Source of the DNA: Minisyncoccia bacterium
GTDB lineage: Bacteria; Patescibacteriota; Minisyncoccia; Phycocordibacterales; UBA918
Length of the DNA stretch: 64,000 nucleotides
Assembly (NCBI GenBank): GCA_041750655.1
Contig: JBGSYZ010000015.1
Span: forward strand, 7,119-71,118
Reading direction: 5' to 3'
Each line of letters begins with the position of its first letter. Position 1 is the first letter of the stretch. Both the position numbers and the translations under genes were made by a program. The notes below the pieces were generated by a model. That model was given only the letters and a program-made list of their open reading frames with translations, made no database searches and was not told the origin of the DNA. Shown here one piece after another: positions 9,088 to 18,507 of this stretch.

Positions 9088-10470
9088 TTAAAGTCCTACT
9101 TCATTTGAAGTGCCTGATACTGGGTCGGTATCAGCGTTGTTTTGAGTAGCTGCTTTTGTTTCAAGTTCAAAATAGACGTTTAAGTTACTCACATTAAGTC
9201 TAGTGCTAAGCCACACTCTTAGCACCTCAGATTCGGCGTGAGAAATTGGCCCAAAACTTTTATCTGTCCGGACAATTACTACTGAAGATCTGACACTGCC
9301 ACCACCTTGTGAACTATTCATCAGTTCTCCGATAGATATATCGATAATCTTTTCGTTAATTAACTTAGCTTCAGCCAGTAGTTGTACAGGGTCTTGTTTT
9401 TGCTCATTTTCCAACAATAGCTCTAAGGTTTGTAATTTTTCATTGTCACTCTGAGCTTCGTCTACTACTTTTTGCCACTCTTCTTTCGTTAATGAAAAAC
9501 CATTTTGTCTGACTATCAAATCTGCTCCTTCGAGTCCATAGAGAGGTAAAAGATTTTTATAACTTTGTATTTGTTCATCAGAAAAATGCTCTGACAAAAA
9601 AGCTAACTCAATTGTTTTGCTCGGGTTGTAGTGTATGTTTTTATAAATAACTACATGACCAGCATTAGTGAAGTTATCTAAAATATATTGATCGGTGTTT
9701 TGTTGAAAATTATTTTGCTCAACGAACGTATACGCTAAATAGAGGGCTGGAGTAACTATGATAATAATAATGGCGCTTATGATTCGGCGAACCTTATTCT
9801 TTTTTATTTCATCTGGGTATTCTCGTTTCGGCAACTTTAGATATTTTGCTACCAACAAAGCCGAAAGACAGATAAAAATACAGTTAATTAAAAAGAGATA
9901 AAAAGCTCCAATAATAAATTTTGGTTGTAAGGTACCGATACCGTAACCAACCGTACACAGTGGCGGCATGATAGCGGTAGCAATCGCTACTCCCGGGATA
10001 ACGTTATTTTGACGGGCTCGACTAATACCAATAAAACCAGCGATACCGCCAAAAATAGCTATTAACACGTCGAAGATAGTTGGTTGAATACGAGACAATA
10101 ATTCAGACTGAGCGTTATCTATTGGTGAGAGAGCAAAATACAAAGCAGAAATAAAAATACTAATAGCTGTTAGGGTCAGGAGATTACGAAATGAGCGACG
10201 CATTAAGCCCCAATCGTAAATAGACAAGGCGAGACCAATACTCACAATTGGACCCATCAATGGTGAAATCAGCATAGCGCCAATGACCACTGGAATCGAA
10301 TTAATATTAAGACCAACTGAGCAAACCCCAATAGCAAATACCAATGTCCAAAAACGAGCACTACTAAAATCAGCATCGTCTTTAACGCGTTCAATAATTT
10401 CGTGTTTTTCTTCCGCTCCTTCGCGTAAGTCTAGTAATTTCTTAAGAAATAGGGTTATTTGTTGGGCCAT
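9088..10470 (-). CDS. DUF389 / TIGR00341-family membrane protein
   Basis: VVIGAMLISPLMGPI, PTIFDVLIAIFGG, PGVAIATAIMPPLC. Confidence 0.85.
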   Translation of the reverse strand: MAQQITLFLKKLLDLREGAEEKHEIIERVKDDADFSSARFWTLVFAIGVCSVGLNINSIPVVIGAMLISPLMGPIVSIGLALSIYDWGLMRRSFRNLLTLTAISIFISALYFALSPIDNAQSELLSRIQPTIFDVLIAIFGGIAGFIGISRARQNNVIPGVAIATAIMPPLCTVGYGIGTLQPKFIIGAFYLFLINCIFICLSALLVAKYLKLPKREYPDEIKKNKVRRIISAIIIIIVTPALYLAYTFVEQNNFQQNTDQYILDNFTNAGHVVIYKNIHYNPSKTIELAFLSEHFSDEQIQSYKNLLPLYGLEGADLIVRQNGFSLTKEEWQKVVDEAQSDNEKLQTLELLLENEQKQDPVQLLAEAKLINEKIIDISIGELMNSSQGGGSVRSSVVIVRTDKSFGPISHAESEVLRVWLSTRLNVSNLNVYFELETKAATQNNADTDPVSGTSNEVGL

Positions 10471-10541
10471 ATTTATACAACAATAGTAACAGCAGAAGCG
10501 ATAGTGACAAAGTTATATACCTTTAGTTTATCCATACGTCA

Positions 10542-11720
10542 TTACTGATACTGGATATAGATTGGTGTAGGAGTGAAGTTAAGTACCTCCTGTGGTGTAA
10601 AGAGTCCTGTGCTCGGTGGTTTTAAATCATTTTTATAGAAGAGCTTAATACCAGTAAACTGAACCGGTTCGGGAATAATGACGTGCTGGTACGTACCAGT
10701 TTTTAAATCTTTTGAACCCCAGCCGTCCATATCCATTACTACCTGTACCTCCGGTCGCGGTTGTATGTTTTGGTAATTAGTAACCATGTCTTGAGTAAAT
10801 CGATGTATCACCAATACTTTCGGCGGTAATTTATATTCGTGTACGATGTCTGCCAACCAATCGATAGCATAGTTGATATCAGCTGCGTCAAAAGTGCCAA
10901 TAGCAGTACCCGGTCGTTGGCCGCCTTTCATGGAGAACTCAGGATCAATGCCGAGATGTACGTCTGGCCGACTTAAGTACTCACGGAACTTTGGTAACTC
11001 ACGTTGCAAGTTACTGAGGCCAACTTGTAAATCAAGAAATAATACTCCGTTGACCTCGTGTGCTAGTTCGTATCCGCGCTCGATGTGTTCAGCTGGCATA
11101 ACATTGCGCCACATGCCATCCGCGCCAGCACTGCCTTGGGCTACCATGGCAATGTAGTGTATAGCCGGAATGACCGGTGTGTTTGGGTCAGCAGTTTCCC
11201 AAGCGGTGACTGTGTTATCAAGGTGCGTAATGAGTGCATCGTGATCAAGTTCACCGAGAATCCCCATGTAGCGTGAATAAAAATTGCCGTAGTAGGCGAC
11301 AAGGCGATTAAAAGGGAGTAACGCACCACCGTTTGGGTAGGGATTTTTAGCTGGCCAGCGACGGTTGGCGACGGTGGTATTGGTTGAGCTGCTGGTGATG
11401 AGTTCGTATTTCGGTTTGGTCGTGGTACCAGCTTCGGTGACAATCGTTATTTCTTCTGCAAGGGTTGAGCTTGCGAACCCTGCCAAGGCTAAGACACGAT
11501 GATTATAATCTTCTTTGTTAAGTGGTAGTGGCCACTCCGGTGGTGGCGGCAAGGTGTCATCCTTTTCTTCACCCAACAGGGGAGTAGTGGTCGAAGTATT
11601 TAAATTGGTGAAGGAAAGTGTAGTGACGGCGGGCAACCAGACGTTTACCAAAAATAAACCAACCGTCGCTATACCTGCGGTAATTACAGCCACTATTGCG
11701 ATATGCCAGTATTTATTCAA
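10542..11720 (-). CDS. Conserved exported protein (putative TIM-barrel/glycoside-hydrolase-like)
   Basis: N-terminal TM; AYYGN..MGILGE, FLDLQVG, VHLGIDPEF, DMDGWG motifs. Confidence 0.6.
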   Translation of the reverse strand: MNKYWHIAIVAVITAGIATVGLFLVNVWLPAVTTLSFTNLNTSTTTPLLGEEKDDTLPPPPEWPLPLNKEDYNHRVLALAGFASSTLAEEITIVTEAGTTTKPKYELITSSSTNTTVANRRWPAKNPYPNGGALLPFNRLVAYYGNFYSRYMGILGELDHDALITHLDNTVTAWETADPNTPVIPAIHYIAMVAQGSAGADGMWRNVMPAEHIERGYELAHEVNGVLFLDLQVGLSNLQRELPKFREYLSRPDVHLGIDPEFSMKGGQRPGTAIGTFDAADINYAIDWLADIVHEYKLPPKVLVIHRFTQDMVTNYQNIQPRPEVQVVMDMDGWGSKDLKTGTYQHVIIPEPVQFTGIKLFYKNDLKPPSTGLFTPQEVLNFTPTPIYIQYQ

Positions 11721-11838
11721 TACCGCAATAATAACATGCGCTTTTTTAATGATGTGGTAGAGGATGTTTGATCTTTTGTAGTAAATAGACGGTAAACTTT
11801 AATCTTTTATTTTTTAGTGAATAACGAGCCAGTTAGCT

Positions 11839-12471
11839 TTACTCTACAGGGATAATAATTTCATTGCGAAGAATGAGGGGCATTGAAAGTGGAGGATTAT
11901 ATTGTGCCACTTGTATATCACCAACAATTTTTACCCTATCTCTTTCCAATAAAGATTGTAGTAGGACTTTTTTCTTATCTATTCTGTTTGGGGTGGGATA
12001 CCACGTGAATTTTAAAACAGCGACTTTCTGAGTAGCCACTTCACGTATATGCACGGCAGGATTATTTGGAGCCGGCAAATTCTCCAGCGTATATTCTGAT
12101 GGTAAAACAAAAGCAATAACTCTCCCTTTAGAATTATTTTCTGTTTCGAGAACCGGAGCAGTCATAGCAATTTTTTCTGATGTCTGACTTTCTAACACCG
12201 GCGAAGTCATAGAAATATTTGTTTTTGTAGTGTTGTTACCAAAAATATAATCGGCAACAATTCGAAAACCAGTGCTCAGAGCTTCTTGTCGATTACCGCT
12301 TACTGTAGTTTCCGCTACGATATACGGTTGGTACTCACGAAGCTCGTAGCCGTTTTTGCTCTCAAGAACGGTATAGGTTGGCTTCTCAATATTGCGTACA
12401 AATATATAACTGATTCCTGCCCACAGGACAAGCAATATAATGAACCCAAATAAGACATAATAAATATACAT
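11839..12471 (-). CDS. SOUL heme-binding protein
   Basis: IEKPTY, YELREY, GFRIVADYIFGNN, ISMTSPV, IAMTAPV, RNEI. Confidence 0.88.
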   Translation of the reverse strand: MYIYYVLFGFIILLVLWAGISYIFVRNIEKPTYTVLESKNGYELREYQPYIVAETTVSGNRQEALSTGFRIVADYIFGNNTTKTNISMTSPVLESQTSEKIAMTAPVLETENNSKGRVIAFVLPSEYTLENLPAPNNPAVHIREVATQKVAVLKFTWYPTPNRIDKKKVLLQSLLERDRVKIVGDIQVAQYNPPLSMPLILRNEIIIPVE

Positions 12472-12547
12472 GACTAAAGTATAGCAGTTATAACGTCCCA
12501 TTAAGATACTCAGAAAAACCTTATTAAATTTCCTTTAAAATGCTGGA

Positions 12548-12650
12548 TGCAAAAGTCCAAGAGACTTTTGCACGAGGTTGCCAGCTCGTCAGGATGACAA
12601 CCTAAACAGCTCCTGTAGGGAAGCCTCTGACCACTTGGGTGGAGCCAGTT
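12548..12650. repeat. Structured repeat element, copy A
   Basis: acttttgca-N-gaggttgccagct..gacaacct-N-aacagct shared with 13562-13623; cttgggtggaRcca shared with 13524-13537. Confidence 0.7.
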
Positions 12651-12796
12651 TTACTTTTGGTTAAATAAGTCAAGAATCGATAGGTGTTATGCATAGAAAA
12701 TGCTATCATAAAATATTGAGAGGTTAGTTGCGAGATTGACCGTTTACTATAAAACTGAGCGCGTTCTCTATAGTGCACAGTAGAAAAATAAAATAT

Positions 12797-13186
12797 ATGA
12801 CTACTAGGAATATACTATTAGGAATTTTTATGGTTGCAGTTTTTGCAACTGGTTTCACAGTAGGTAGGTTTAGCGGTGAAGGGAATATGATTGTTACTAG
12901 CAGTCGCAATGTACCTGTAGAAAGTTCTTCCCAAAATGACAGTATTACAGAAGGTGATCAATCAACAGGTATCGAAGAAAATACAACCATTTCAACTGAC
13001 AACTTAACGGATGGCCAAAAAAAGATGTTATCAGCGGTAGGTATTGATGCTGAGTCTATTGTGGTAACGCCAGAGATGGCAGCTTGTGCTGATACAAGTG
13101 TGGGAGCGAGTCGAATGAGTGAAATTATCAATGGAGCCACTCCGTCAATAACTGAGGGAATAAAGTTAGTAGCTTGTTATAAATAA
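12797..13186 (+). CDS. Hypothetical membrane-anchored protein
   Basis: N-terminal TM; C-terminal Cys pair; AT-rich. Confidence 0.6.
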   Translation: MTTRNILLGIFMVAVFATGFTVGRFSGEGNMIVTSSRNVPVESSSQNDSITEGDQSTGIEENTTISTDNLTDGQKKMLSAVGIDAESIVVTPEMAACADTSVGASRMSEIINGATPSITEGIKLVACYK

Positions 13187-13195
13187 TAAATATAT

Positions 13196-13444
13196 ATGAG
13201 TATTTTAGTTTGGGTAATTTTTGGCGCTTTAGCTGGTTGGGTAGGATCAATGATTATGGGTACCGATGGACAACAGGGTTTAGTTCTTAATATTGTCGTT
13301 GGTATTATAGGCGCTGTTCTAGGCGGATATATAATGAATTACTTTGGTAAAGGTGGTGTAAGTGGATTCAATCTGTATAGCTTCCTGGTTGCAGTTGTTG
13401 GAGCCGTAGTATTGCTAGCAATACTTAAGCTTATTCGAGGATAA
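13196..13444 (+). CDS. GlsB/YeaQ/YmgE transglycosylase-associated membrane protein
   Basis: WVIFGALAGW, NIVVGIIGAVLGG, SFLVAVVGAVVLL. Confidence 0.9.
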   Translation: MSILVWVIFGALAGWVGSMIMGTDGQQGLVLNIVVGIIGAVLGGYIMNYFGKGGVSGFNLYSFLVAVVGAVVLLAILKLIRG

Positions 13445-13514
13445 GCCACTTAGTTAAGTTAAGTTTGTTTGCAAAAATCCCCAGACTAGAAGGGGGATTT
13501 TTGCATTTGGGTGA

Positions 13515-13700
13515 CTACCGACCCTTGGGTGGAACCAATTGCAAGTGAGAAAGTGTGGGGCACTTTTGCAAGAGGTTGCCAGCTGCGCCTGCAGCGACAA
13601 CCTGAACAGCTTCTGTAAGAAGCTGTGTCTTGAATGGCTAAGCGATGCAAGGGTTTGTTTTAGATAGTGATATTAAAAATGGTTCCACTGGGTTGGTAGG
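13515..13700. repeat. Structured repeat element, copy B, enclosed by a long-range stem
   Basis: 13515-13540 pairs with 13678-13699; core homologous to copy A. Confidence 0.65.
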
Positions 13701-13764
13701 GAAAAGAAAAGCCACCCTCTCGCCGAAACGAAAGGGTTGCTTTCAGTTTTGCCAGGGGTGGCGG

Positions 13765-14235
13765 TCAGCGTGGTTCGTATTCGTCCCAACGCTTCACTTC
13801 ACCGTACAGAACTATGTAGACACCAGGCGGTAGCGTTTGCACCGCCCCGACAGCCATACCGACGTTGAAGTCGGCATCGGACTCACGGAAGCGTTCGGGG
13901 GTCATGGCGCCCGTCAGAATGATAGTCTTGTCCGTGATGTCAGACAGATGCTCGGCAGTGACGTGAATGGTGTCGGTGCCGTGCAGAATGACCACCTTGT
14001 CTTCGTGCGCGGACGCCGCGATGCGTTTGATGGCATCACGGTCATCGTCATCCATGTCCAGGCTGTCTTCCTGGCAGGCGCAGGTAAACCCCACTGCGTA
14101 GGGAATACCAGCACGACGACAGATACGATGCCAGGCCGATTCGCCGATGACGAAGTTGTAGCCATGGTTGTCATCGTTGGCCAGATAGTCCTTGTCGATG
14201 GTGCCACCTGCTTGAATAAAGCGAATGATACTCAT
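13765..14235 (-). CDS. Short asparaginase-domain protein (SD-led, GC-rich)
   Basis: GGTIDKDY, DSLDMDD, HGTDT, ILTGAMTP, SDADFNVG; ATG at 14235 overlaps upstream stop (ATGA). Confidence 0.85.
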   Translation of the reverse strand: MSIIRFIQAGGTIDKDYLANDDNHGYNFVIGESAWHRICRRAGIPYAVGFTCACQEDSLDMDDDDRDAIKRIAASAHEDKVVILHGTDTIHVTAEHLSDITDKTIILTGAMTPERFRESDADFNVGMAVGAVQTLPPGVYIVLYGEVKRWDEYEPR

Positions 14236-14582
14236 ACGTTGCCACCCCCGTAAGTTTCTGCACCAGCTTCGGTCGTGCACCAGCACACCGATTCGATGCC
14301 GCCGTTGATTGGCCGAACGACTTCGACCGATTTCTTGGTCACGGTCATCAGGTATTTGGCGATAACCGTGCAGCATTCAAGGAATTCAGGACGAGTGAAG
14401 TCCTTTTCTTCCATGAAAACGTGCACGACCATCACGTCAGGTTGCGTCAGCCCATCACTGGTTTCAACCCAGATGAAATGTGGGTAGACATAGCCCATGA
14501 CGTTGCTGCCAAGCGCTTTGACTTGCTCGACCTGCGTTTCGGTAGGGTGGCTGTCAGCCACGATTCTGAAAATTGGCATCAC
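14232..14582 (-). CDS. Hypothetical protein (SD-led, GC-rich)
   Basis: AAAGGAAG SD; translationally coupled to the asparaginase gene. Confidence 0.6.
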   Translation of the reverse strand: MMPIFRIVADSHPTETQVEQVKALGSNVMGYVYPHFIWVETSDGLTQPDVMVVHVFMEEKDFTRPEFLECCTVIAKYLMTVTKKSVEVVRPINGGIESVCWCTTEAGAETYGGGNV

Positions 14583-15133
14583 ACTTCCTTTCAGATAGCG
14601 ACGACGTGGCCGAGAGCCATGTTGTCGTCAGGGGGTGAAGAGTTGCTTGATCTCGGCCGTTTCTGGTGAAGGCGGCTTTCAGTTCATCGAAGGTATATAG
14701 GGTCAGCCACATACCGCTGGTATTCTCGGCTTCCAGCACGTCATCGAACCCGAACGGGGTCGAAAACATGCCAGGCTAGCCAGGCTTCAGGCAGGCCCGA
14801 AGCGATGCCAGGGTAGGTCGCGCCCAGACCGCGCACTTCACCGACTTCGAACGTATGGCCAGTGAATTCCCACTGCTTCTTGCAGTAGTCGATGCTGGCC
14901 GCAGACGGGTCGATGCCGACGTAGTTCGTGATGCCGAGTTCAGGCAAAATGCTGATGACTCTGCCGATACGACACCCGACATCAACCACTTCGCCGTCGG
15001 CAGGTACGTCCCTGAAGATATGGCGAGAGAAGTGGTCGACCCAGATTGGTGTGTCTGACGTATCACCAGCACGAATGTATTCATCGTACATGGCGACAGC
15101 CCCTGTTTCCATGGGTGAGAGTGCGAGTTCCAT
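14554..15133 (-). pseudogene. Class I SAM-dependent methyltransferase, disrupted
   Basis: VVDVGCRIG and YVGIDPS motifs; frame break after TYP; SLRACLKPG continues in another frame with an in-frame TAG at 14776-14778 before GMFSTP. Confidence 0.65.
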
Positions 15134-15353
15134 TCGCGTGTCCCTTCCTAGTTTGGTGTGGATGTGTGAGAACTTCTAGGCACAAGGCCGCAAAATTTCG
15201 CTTCGAACAATATAATGAAAATGGGTGTTTGTAAAGGTATTTAAATTTTGTAGTCGCTCTGGTTTCACTAAGTTCACTAGGCACTCAAAAAACACATACA
15301 GTCGAACCAAAATACCTTTATTTATATAGTCCCTAGAGAATCTAGGGCAGTAG

Positions 15354-15426
15354 GGCGGCTACCGGGAATCGAACCCGAATTTTCGGTACCACAAACCGAC
15401 GTAATAACCGTTATACAATAGCCGCC
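15354..15426 (-). tRNA. tRNA-His(GTG) with G-1
   Basis: G-GCGGCTA/TAGCCGC-C acceptor; tcggt-ttGTGgt-accga anticodon arm; GGTTCGATTCC. Confidence 0.95.
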
Positions 15427-15524
15427 ATGTAACTGAGGGGCAGCGTAGCTGCGCCCCATCGGTGGCCATAGTTATACCGGTTTTTGGTAAAAAAGTCGAG
15501 GATAATTTTGCTACAATACCGACT

Positions 15525-15614
15525 ATGAACAACACAACTCTCACTATCGCTATTGTTTTTATTTTTCTCCTAGGAGCTGGCTTTGGGTTTTATTTGACCA
15601 GACTAATCTTCTAA
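15525..15614 (+). CDS. Putative 29-aa single-TM peptide
   Basis: MNNTTLTIAIVFIFLLGAGFGFYLTRLIF; TGCTACAAT extended -10 about 7 nt upstream. Confidence 0.45.
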   Translation: MNNTTLTIAIVFIFLLGAGFGFYLTRLIF

Positions 15615-15719
15615 CTTTACTGCATGAAGTTTGACGAATACACCTGTGTATTGTCGGAATATAATATTGTGTGTCCATAGCGTATAATCCAAACAATTTA
15701 TTATTTAAACGTTTTAATT

Positions 15720-16109
15720 ATGAAAGGATTTATCGAAGAATTTAAAGCCTTTGCGATGAAAGGCAACGTGATTGATTTGGCTGTAGCGGTAGTAATTGGC
15801 GCCGCTTTCGGGAAAATCGTCTCATCATTGGTGGCCAACATCATTACCCCAATTATTGGCCTTCTAATGGGTGGTGTTGATTTTTCAGGATTGGCATACA
15901 CCATTGGTGATGCTGAAGTAACTTACGGCGTGTTTATTCAATCAGTGATTGATTTTGTTATTGTGGCCTTCGTTATCTTTATGGTAGTCAAGGCTATCAA
16001 CAAAGCCACTGCTCTGGGTAAGAAAGAGGAAGAAGCTCCAGAAAAACCAAAAGAACCATCTGAAGAAGTGAAACTCCTTCGAGAAATTCGTGACAATCTG
16101 AAGCGATAG
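15720..16109 (+). CDS. mscL: Large-conductance mechanosensitive channel
   Basis: [33 protein letters not shown]; LLREIRD. Confidence 0.97.
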   Translation: MKGFIEEFKAFAMKGNVIDLAVAVVIGAAFGKIVSSLVANIITPIIGLLMGGVDFSGLAYTIGDAEVTYGVFIQSVIDFVIVAFVIFMVVKAINKATALGKKEEEAPEKPKEPSEEVKLLREIRDNLKR

Positions 16110-16138
16110 GTATAAAGAAAGAACGCCGTGACCAAAGG

Positions 16139-16648
16139 TCACGGCGTTTTAAGTTTTTCTGCCCACTCAGGCGGAAGAGGTTCTCGCTCAATAAGGCTCT
16201 CAATGATTCCACGAGCACCCAGTCTTGGTACTTGGAGCACCGACACGAGTTCGTTGGTTAACCGTTGCAACCCTTTCTCATACAGTTCATATCGCTGCGA
16301 CCCCAACTCACCGGCATCTTTAGTGTAGAGATTGCGTACGAGAGTGGCGAGTTCTTTAATGTCACCACTATTGAGCTGTTCTCGATACCTTTTATATCGT
16401 TGATTGTTATTTGGTGCTTTTATATGTGTTCGTTTGCCACGTAATATTTTTATGACTCCCAGAACACTTTCTTTCGAACTAGGAACCCGCACACCCGAGG
16501 CAGCCATTTCATCTTGAGGTCTAATAACCGTCACATCACCACAGACAATTTTGAAACACTTTTTCCCATATATCTCAATTTCTTCAATAATTGTTCCTAA
16601 ACCGAGTTCCGGAACCACCACCTGGTCATTAACTGAGAACTTTCCCAT
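16139..16648 (-). CDS. CarD/CdnL-like transcription regulator (divergent, SD-led)
   Basis: FSVNDQVVVP..GLGTI, GVR, LNSGDIKELATLVRNL, LYEKGLQRLTNEL; AAAGGA SD. Confidence 0.75.
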   Translation of the reverse strand: MGKFSVNDQVVVPELGLGTIIEEIEIYGKKCFKIVCGDVTVIRPQDEMAASGVRVPSSKESVLGVIKILRGKRTHIKAPNNNQRYKRYREQLNSGDIKELATLVRNLYTKDAGELGSQRYELYEKGLQRLTNELVSVLQVPRLGARGIIESLIEREPLPPEWAEKLKTP

Positions 16649-16791
16649 GAGAGTTCCTTTCTTAGCTACTCTCTATTAACTATGCCTCAGTCTATAAATA
16701 CTGCAACCGTTTATGATTTTGAAATAAAAAATGATGGCTGTATATATAGCCACATCGGATATTTTGATTCGTACTGCATCTTCACTAGGAG

Positions 16792-16800
16792 TTATCCACA
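16792..16800 (+). promoter_or_regulatory. Consensus DnaA box upstream of nrd operon
   Basis: TTATCCACA exact match. Confidence 0.45.
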
Positions 16801-17164
16801 GGTCTCCTTCACTCACATCAGTAATTTAGGTAGCAAGTAAGCCACTGCTACCATAGTAAGCCACCATACAGTAGTTTTTTTGATGTGCTAATATCATAAG
16901 TAACACACGAGTTCGTGTGTGTCGGAGGAAGACACGCGCTTCGTGGCTCATTAGCCTGTGCCCGAATAAGCACGAGTCATATTAGCTCGAGCAAAGGTGA
17001 TCTTTCTTAAAAACAACTGACCGCTTACTCCAAAGCGGCGGCCCACCAGCAATTGTTTTTGCGAACGATCATTCTCACTATCCTGTTGTAAAAACAGGGT
17101 CTCTTTCTCGATGCTGAACTTCTTGTACAACTTAATAGTACCTTTAAAGAATCGTAGTCTTTAT

Positions 17165-18478
17165 ATGAAAATTGAACACATTAAAAAACGTGATGGCTCT
17201 ACTCAGCCTTTTGATGTAGACAAAATCACCAGTGCTGTCCTGAAAGCCTTCAATGAAACTGGCGAAGGTAGTGCGGCGGAAGCCAAAAAAGTGGCTGAAA
17301 AGGTTCATGAAAAAACTATTGCCATGTGTGTACAAGCTGGCACAGCTGACACTGAAGACCCACTATCGCTGAAATGCATCGATGGCAATCCGACCGTAGA
17401 AGAAATTCAAGACCTGGTGGAGCAAGCATTGATGGAGCTCGATTACTTTGAAACCGCCAAGGCGTACATTATTTATCGTAGTGCTCGCAAAAAACTTCGG
17501 GAGCGTGATATTTTTACCAAACGCACAACCCTCAAACCTTACGAGTATCCCGAATTAGTGGAATATGTTGATGCTATTCGTCACTCGTATTGGGTACACA
17601 CCGAATTCAATTTCACTGGTGACATTGATGATTTTAAGGTGAAGGTAAACCAAGCAGAACGAAACGCTATCAAAAAGACTATGCTGGCTATTGCTCAGAT
17701 TGAAGTTGCAGTAAAAACTTTTTGGGGCAATATTTACAATAAAATGCCCAAGCCAGAGATCGGTGCGGTGGGAGCCACTTTTGCTGAAAGTGAGGTACGC
17801 CATATGGACGCCTACTCACACCTACTTGAGGTACTTGGGCTTAATGATGAATTTAAAACGCTCACTCACGAACCAGTGATTCAAAAACGCATCGCCTATT
17901 TGGATAAGACCATTAATTTAAGCAAAACCAACGACAACCGAGAATACTCACAAGCGGTGTTGCTTTTCTCACTCTTCATCGAACACGTGTCTTTGTTCTC
18001 ACAGTTCCTTATTATGATGAGTTTCAATAAGCACAAAAATCTCTTCAAGGGTATAAGTAACGCAGTAGAAGCTACCTCTAAAGAGGAACAAATTCACGGT
18101 ATGTTCGGGACTGATGTCATTAACATCGTCAAAAAAGAGCATCCAGAATGGTTTGACGATTCTCATCGTGAGACTGTTCGCACTATGTGCATTGAAGCGT
18201 ACCAAGCTGAAGATTCAATTATCGATTGGATTTTTGCTGATGGCGAACTTGAGTTTATGCCGAAAGCCGAAATTAAAGAATTTATCAAAGAGCGACTCAA
18301 CCGCTCACTTGAGGGTATTGGTATGTCAAAAGTGTTCACCGTAGATGAAGCACTGCTCGAAAAGACCGACTGGTTTGATGACGAAGTAATCGCTACCAAG
18401 CACGTCGACTTTTTTGACAAACGTTCAATTAATTACAACAAACGACAACAGAGCGTAACCAGCGCTGACCTTTTCTAA
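17165..18478 (+). CDS. nrdB: Class I ribonucleotide reductase beta subunit with N-terminal ATP-cone (NrdBi/class Id-like)
   Basis: ATP cone IKKRDG..FDVDKI..VEEIQDLVE..AKAYIIYR; ligands AQIE, SEVRH, EHVSLFSQF, KEEQIH; likely ATG 17165. Confidence 0.92.
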   Translation: MKIEHIKKRDGSTQPFDVDKITSAVLKAFNETGEGSAAEAKKVAEKVHEKTIAMCVQAGTADTEDPLSLKCIDGNPTVEEIQDLVEQALMELDYFETAKAYIIYRSARKKLRERDIFTKRTTLKPYEYPELVEYVDAIRHSYWVHTEFNFTGDIDDFKVKVNQAERNAIKKTMLAIAQIEVAVKTFWGNIYNKMPKPEIGAVGATFAESEVRHMDAYSHLLEVLGLNDEFKTLTHEPVIQKRIAYLDKTINLSKTNDNREYSQAVLLFSLFIEHVSLFSQFLIMMSFNKHKNLFKGISNAVEATSKEEQIHGMFGTDVINIVKKEHPEWFDDSHRETVRTMCIEAYQAEDSIIDWIFADGELEFMPKAEIKEFIKERLNRSLEGIGMSKVFTVDEALLEKTDWFDDEVIATKHVDFFDKRSINYNKRQQSVTSADLF

Positions 18479-18507
18479 ATCTTAATTAACCACTTACTGT
18501 ACAACGT

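Noticed and set aside
12583-12594. CUGACGA hammerhead-like core on the minus strand of repeat copy A
   Set aside because: No matching GAAA/stem arrangement, and the heptamer is not kept in copy B.
14776-14778. In-frame TAG suggesting stop-codon recoding
   Set aside because: TAG, TGA and TAA all end core genes normally here, and this gene has a second lesion, so a pseudogene is more likely.
13765-15426. Prophage/ICE integrated at tRNA-His
   Set aside because: No integrase, no structural genes, and no duplicated tRNA 3' end found by eye.
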